Positions 27,830 through 30,752 of a DNA stretch of 30,752 nt are shown piece after piece. The first letter of the stretch is position 1. The number at the start of each line of letters is the position of its first letter. This stretch comes from a virus (taxonomy: Duplodnaviria; Caudoviricetes). Position numbers and translations under genes: made by a program. The stretch covers positions 1 to 30,752 of the IMG/VR virus record IMGVR_UViG_3300044676_000834; one strand, written 5' to 3'. Under the pieces are notes generated by a model, which was given only the letters and a program-made list of their open reading frames with translations, searched no databases and had not been told where the DNA came from.

Positions 27830-28825
27830 TTAGAACAAGACATCTTGATGGTTGATTGCCCACTTAGTGAACGCTTGCGTCGAAGCCAATTCTGGTTTCT
27901 TACGAGCCGCATACGACACCGATAAGACAGAGAACTCAGGGGGCATACGCTCTGCATAAGTGCAGACACGCTCAAAGTTACTCTCAGTTGCTCGCTCTGC
28001 GATTGCACCAGACAGCGCATACAGAGTGGCAGGGTCATCAGGAACATCCGCAGTAGTAGGGTTCATAATGATATTGTCGGGGTTAGGAAGTTTGCGATAG
28101 ATGCGGACAAAGCCCACAAATTCTGCCGCCGCACCTTCACCTACAGCACCCTTGAAGCACTCGTATTCAGCATCGGGACTGACTACGCCAAGCACTGCAC
28201 TCACACCCTCGACCCATGAACGAGGCGTTGGATTCTGGTCACGCTGAGGATCGAAATCATGTAGCAGATTAGGGCGGAAGCGAATGAACGACACTACCTC
28301 AGGGGCTACATCGTTCTCAATCATCCACTTGGTTGAGTCATCAAGGTGAGTGTCAAGTTCGATGACAGTCTCACGGTTAGCAAGGTGAGATAGAACACGG
28401 TTAGCACCTGCTCTGTCCTCTTGTCTGTTGCCAGTAGAGATGACCATCCACCCTGCTTTGAGTGGCACACCATGCAATGTTCTAGCCTGTTGAATATTGG
28501 CTAGCACTTTCTGCAAGTCATTACCTGCTTGGTTGCGGTCATCGAAGCAGAGAATACCCTCGTCAGGTATATCATCCCGACCTTCAGCGGGATACCAGTC
28601 GGGTATCTTGTAACCAAACCTATCGCTAGCAGTGGCAACATCGGGAATACCGAAGTCCTCTACAAGCATGGTTGGCATATGCTTCTCGATGTAGCCAATG
28701 TGCATCTCCTGAGAAGCAGTTCTCACGAGTGTTGTCTTACCGCCGCCTGGAGCGCCGATGATAGACAAGGCTCGTTTAGTAGGAAATAAATCCTTGATTG
28801 TTTGTTTTACAAGTTCGGCTCGCAT
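27830..28825 (-). CDS. MoxR / AAA_5-type AAA+ ATPase
   Basis: Walker A GAPGGGKT, Walker B ILCFDD, STGN sensor 1, LANR Arg finger, PTPRSW sensor 2; GGGAG RBS before MRAELV. Confidence 0.85.
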   Translation of the reverse strand: MRAELVKQTIKDLFPTKRALSIIGAPGGGKTTLVRTASQEMHIGYIEKHMPTMLVEDFGIPDVATASDRFGYKIPDWYPAEGRDDIPDEGILCFDDRNQAGNDLQKVLANIQQARTLHGVPLKAGWMVISTGNRQEDRAGANRVLSHLANRETVIELDTHLDDSTKWMIENDVAPEVVSFIRFRPNLLHDFDPQRDQNPTPRSWVEGVSAVLGVVSPDAEYECFKGAVGEGAAAEFVGFVRIYRKLPNPDNIIMNPTTADVPDDPATLYALSGAIAERATESNFERVCTYAERMPPEFSVLSVSYAARKKPELASTQAFTKWAINHQDVLF

Positions 28826-29013
28826 TACACTATCTCCCAATGTGCGTTAAATTTGTTATGGTCAGGGCCGAAAGACACCTTCATGTCTTTACTTCGGACA
28901 GCCTTAGCGGCTCCCTTATGGCTGAAGAATAATGGCTTGCCATCATCTCCAGTTACGATTGCTCCACTCTTAATGTATCGAAGCATAAAGAGTTTCAGTG
29001 CGGACTTATTCAT
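28825..29013 (-). CDS. Small basic hypothetical protein, 62 aa
   Basis: AAGGAG RBS; TAATG overlap with the ATPase start. Confidence 0.7.
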   Translation of the reverse strand: MNKSALKLFMLRYIKSGAIVTGDDGKPLFFSHKGAAKAVRSKDMKVSFGPDHNKFNAHWEIV

Positions 29014-29188
29014 GGTTGGTTACTCCTTCCCATATGTGTGTTAAAGTTACGCATGAGTTCGTCTCAGTCCATAACGACTCATCCCAAGTCTCACACCCCA
29101 ACATGAAGTTGATTAGTGCGAAAGCGACAAGGAAACTGAACGCTACGAGTAGCGTTACAGTCCCCATTATTTCGAGAGCCTTCCTCAT
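29006..29188 (-). CDS. Small single-pass membrane protein (MRKALEIMG…), 60 aa
   Basis: Hydrophobic segment VTLLVAFSFLVAFALINFMLG; ATGA coupling with the upstream 33-aa ORF. Confidence 0.65.
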   Translation of the reverse strand: MRKALEIMGTVTLLVAFSFLVAFALINFMLGCETWDESLWTETNSCVTLTHIWEGVTNHE

Positions 29189-29286
29189 GGGAATAGCCCC
29201 CATCCAAAGTAGACATCCATATACGACACTAACGCCGAAGCGATAATGCAATACAGAATCCACATAAACTTAGTGCTTAGTTTCAT
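29185..29286 (-). CDS. 33-aa hydrophobic peptide MKLSTKFMWILYCIIASALVSYMDVYFGWGLFP (not in the ORF track)
   Basis: AGGAGGT RBS; its stop overlaps the next start (ATGA). Confidence 0.65.
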   Translation of the reverse strand: MKLSTKFMWILYCIIASALVSYMDVYFGWGLFP

Positions 29287-29446
29287 CTTCTACCTCCTGA
29301 TAAGCGTCATCAATGTAGACACGAGAGGCATTGACCTCCGTATCCCACCGATTACATGAATGGTTGATAAGCCCGACTGCATGGTCAGCCTCAGTCCCAT
29401 TGACATCAGTGATTTCATCGAACTCGAATATCACTACGACTTTCAT
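29270..29446 (-). CDS. 58-aa acidic protein MKVVVIFEFDEITD…EVEDETKH (not in the ORF track)
   Basis: Translated by hand; ATGA overlap with the upstream stop; G-rich RBS. Confidence 0.65.
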   Translation of the reverse strand: MKVVVIFEFDEITDVNGTEADHAVGLINHSCNRWDTEVNASRVYIDDAYQEVEDETKH

Positions 29447-29649
29447 CGAACATTACCCCCCTTGTTATTGATACCCTTCAAATCCTCAGGATTAGTGAAG
29501 AGCATATAGTTAGACTTGTGCATTGGAGCGACAGTGTAGACACGCTTTCGTGCCATAACCTCACCGCAGACTAGACAGGTGTCATAACCCAATGCCGAAC
29601 GGCGAGGATGAACCTCGCCGCTACAACGAACGCACTCAACGACTGACAT
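29443..29649 (-). CDS. TraR/DksA-like C4 zinc-finger protein, 68 aa
   Basis: CVRCSGEVHPRRSALGYDTCLVC resembles the CxxC…PxxR…CxxC finger; start at MSVVEC after a G-rich RBS. Confidence 0.6.
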   Translation of the reverse strand: MSVVECVRCSGEVHPRRSALGYDTCLVCGEVMARKRVYTVAPMHKSNYMLFTNPEDLKGINNKGGNVR

Positions 29650-29794
29650 ACATCCACCCCCTCTGAGAACAGTTGGATATGTGCCAATCGACAGGCTTGG
29701 CATACTCAGCAGGTGTCAAGTCCCACACTAGGAACCCACCTGTAAAGTAGCCGTATACACCCGATTGAGTTTGGGACAAGTAAACTTTCTGCAT
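29636..29794 (-). CDS. Small hypothetical protein (MQKVYLSQ…), 52 aa
   Basis: GAGGT RBS; start refined from the longer ORF in the track. Confidence 0.6.
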   Translation of the reverse strand: MQKVYLSQTQSGVYGYFTGGFLVWDLTPAEYAKPVDWHISNCSQRGWMYVSR

Positions 29795-29821
29795 AAAGAC
29801 CTCACTAGATTGCATGATTAG

Positions 29822-29860
29822 AGAACACAAAGAGGGAACGCCACTGAGTGACGCTCCCTG
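29822..29860 (-). terminator. Probable (weak) Rho-independent terminator after the first early gene
   Basis: Minus strand AGGGAGCGTCAC-TCA-GTGGCGTTCCCT (12-bp stem with two G-U pairs) followed by CTTTGTGTTCT, just after the stop at 29868. Confidence 0.65.
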
Positions 29861-29867
29861 ATTAACA

Positions 29868-30233
29868 TTACAGCAGGACAATATTGTCATCCGCTTTCTT
29901 GATGTGTTTAACTTCACCTGCAATGGTGACTTTAGGCTTACCCCATTTACCAACGCCTAGAGTAGCGACATCACCACGATCAATAGCGTCCTTAACTTTG
30001 GATTGAGGAAGCGCTTTAGACTCACGGTCTAGTTCTTGGTTTACATTGGGGATGTAAAAGTCCCAACGATTAAACGCCGCTTTAGGATTGGAATCACAGA
30101 ACGCCATAGCAGATGCTACAAGTTCCATGATATTGGTGGCGTTATACTTGCCATCGTCAGAGGGTTGCAGATAGAGCAAACCAGTAGACTTGTTGAACGC
30201 CAGATTAAGATTACCTTCAAAAGTTTTAGCCAT
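29868..30233 (-). CDS. First early gene, hypothetical protein (MAKTFEGNL…), 121 aa
   Basis: GGAGGT RBS; immediately downstream of the promoter. Confidence 0.75.
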   Translation of the reverse strand: MAKTFEGNLNLAFNKSTGLLYLQPSDDGKYNATNIMELVASAMAFCDSNPKAAFNRWDFYIPNVNQELDRESKALPQSKVKDAIDRGDVATLGVGKWGKPKVTIAGEVKHIKKADDNIVLL

Positions 30234-30300
30234 GTGACTAACCTCCAGTATAAAAGTTGATATAAGACTCTCTAAGAGAGCCGCCCCGAAGGACAGGCAA

Positions 30301-30329
30301 ACTTTACGCCGACCTGCTCGGTTTGTCAA
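30301..30329 (-). promoter_or_regulatory. Sigma70-type promoter TTGACA-N17-TAAAGT driving the leftward early arm
   Basis: Consensus -35 at 30329-30324, exact 17-nt spacer, -10 TAAAGT at 30306-30301, about 70 nt upstream of the first gene. Confidence 0.75.
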
Positions 30330-30401
30330 GTTTGCCCCCCGTTTACAGACTGAATACAAGTATATAGGTTTCTTTAGAGTAGGCGGCGCCGTTTCAAAGA
30401 G

Positions 30402-30706
30402 TATCTACTGACAACAGATACTGAGAAGATGAGGTTAATCAAGGGGTTAAGTGTCAGGTATCTAAACTATCTAGTGATTTCGGAATGATGTGGTGTTACG
30501 CGCAAATCATAATATCCCGCAACATTTAAGTTTAGGAAAGGGTATATGTAAAATATCTATATAATTTAGATAAAATAGATAGTAATACTATACATATGGC
30601 TCTGAATATACCGATTTCTATGGCTTTTCTATCAAGATGTTGTATAGTTTGGCTATCTAAAACCCTACATATAGCGTCAGGTTTAGACTAGATAGTATAG
30701 ATACCT
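30402..30706. repeat. AT-rich non-coding array of nine TATCTA/TAGATA boxes with a 19/20-bp inverted repeat (candidate origin or packaging site)
   Basis: Boxes at 30402, 30459, 30468, 30554, 30567, 30576, 30654, 30689 and 30698; IR arms at 30456-30475 and 30687-30706. Confidence 0.75.
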
Positions 30707-30752
30707 CTAAAACCTGGCATTAGAGTGTGCCGTAACCCCCCGAGCAATGGGG

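Noticed and set aside
27817-28047. N-terminal extension of the 360-aa ORF overlapping the AAA+ gene
   Set aside because: A strong GGAGGT RBS precedes the ATG at 27816; the extension is an open shadow frame.
30234-30359. Upstream extension of the 163-aa ORF
   Set aside because: It runs through the promoter; the GGAGGT RBS supports the start at 30233.
1-30752. tRNA, rRNA, CRISPR array, integrase, intron/intein, reverse transcriptase or genetic-code reassignment
   Set aside because: None recognised by eye; genes are contiguous, end at standard stops and show no interruptions. A covariance-model search was not possible.

Overview
A 30.7-kb segment of a tailed dsDNA bacteriophage with podovirus-like architecture; the host cannot be determined from the sequence. 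It has two convergent arms whose stop codons abut at 13810/13811. The + arm (1-13810) is a virion/DNA-ejection module: the end of a probable tail protein, two virion-type proteins, a GNAT-like protein, a Gly/Ala-rich ejection protein, an SLT lytic-transglycosylase protein and a 2584-aa polyvalent protein with a zincin motif and a PLxRFG-like region. The - arm starts at a sigma70-like promoter near 30.3 kb. It runs through small early genes, a MoxR AAA+/DUF3150-like/vWA-metallopeptidase cluster, an Nmad5-like gene and an HslV-like Ntn peptidase into a replication module (Leu762 PolA, Cas4-like exonuclease, VRR-NUC, SNF2 helicase, SSB-like protein, HTH protein, primase-DUF927 helicase). Three observations stand out. 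(1) An 81-aa basic 'MPFKSEAQRKW' gene with a perfect Shine-Dalgarno is overprinted in the +1 frame inside the giant virion gene. (2) An AT-rich array of TATCTA boxes bounded by a 19/20-bp inverted repeat at the right end is a candidate origin or packaging site. (3) The early region carries an ATPase/vWA/protease module. All family assignments come from motif recognition by eye, not from database searches.
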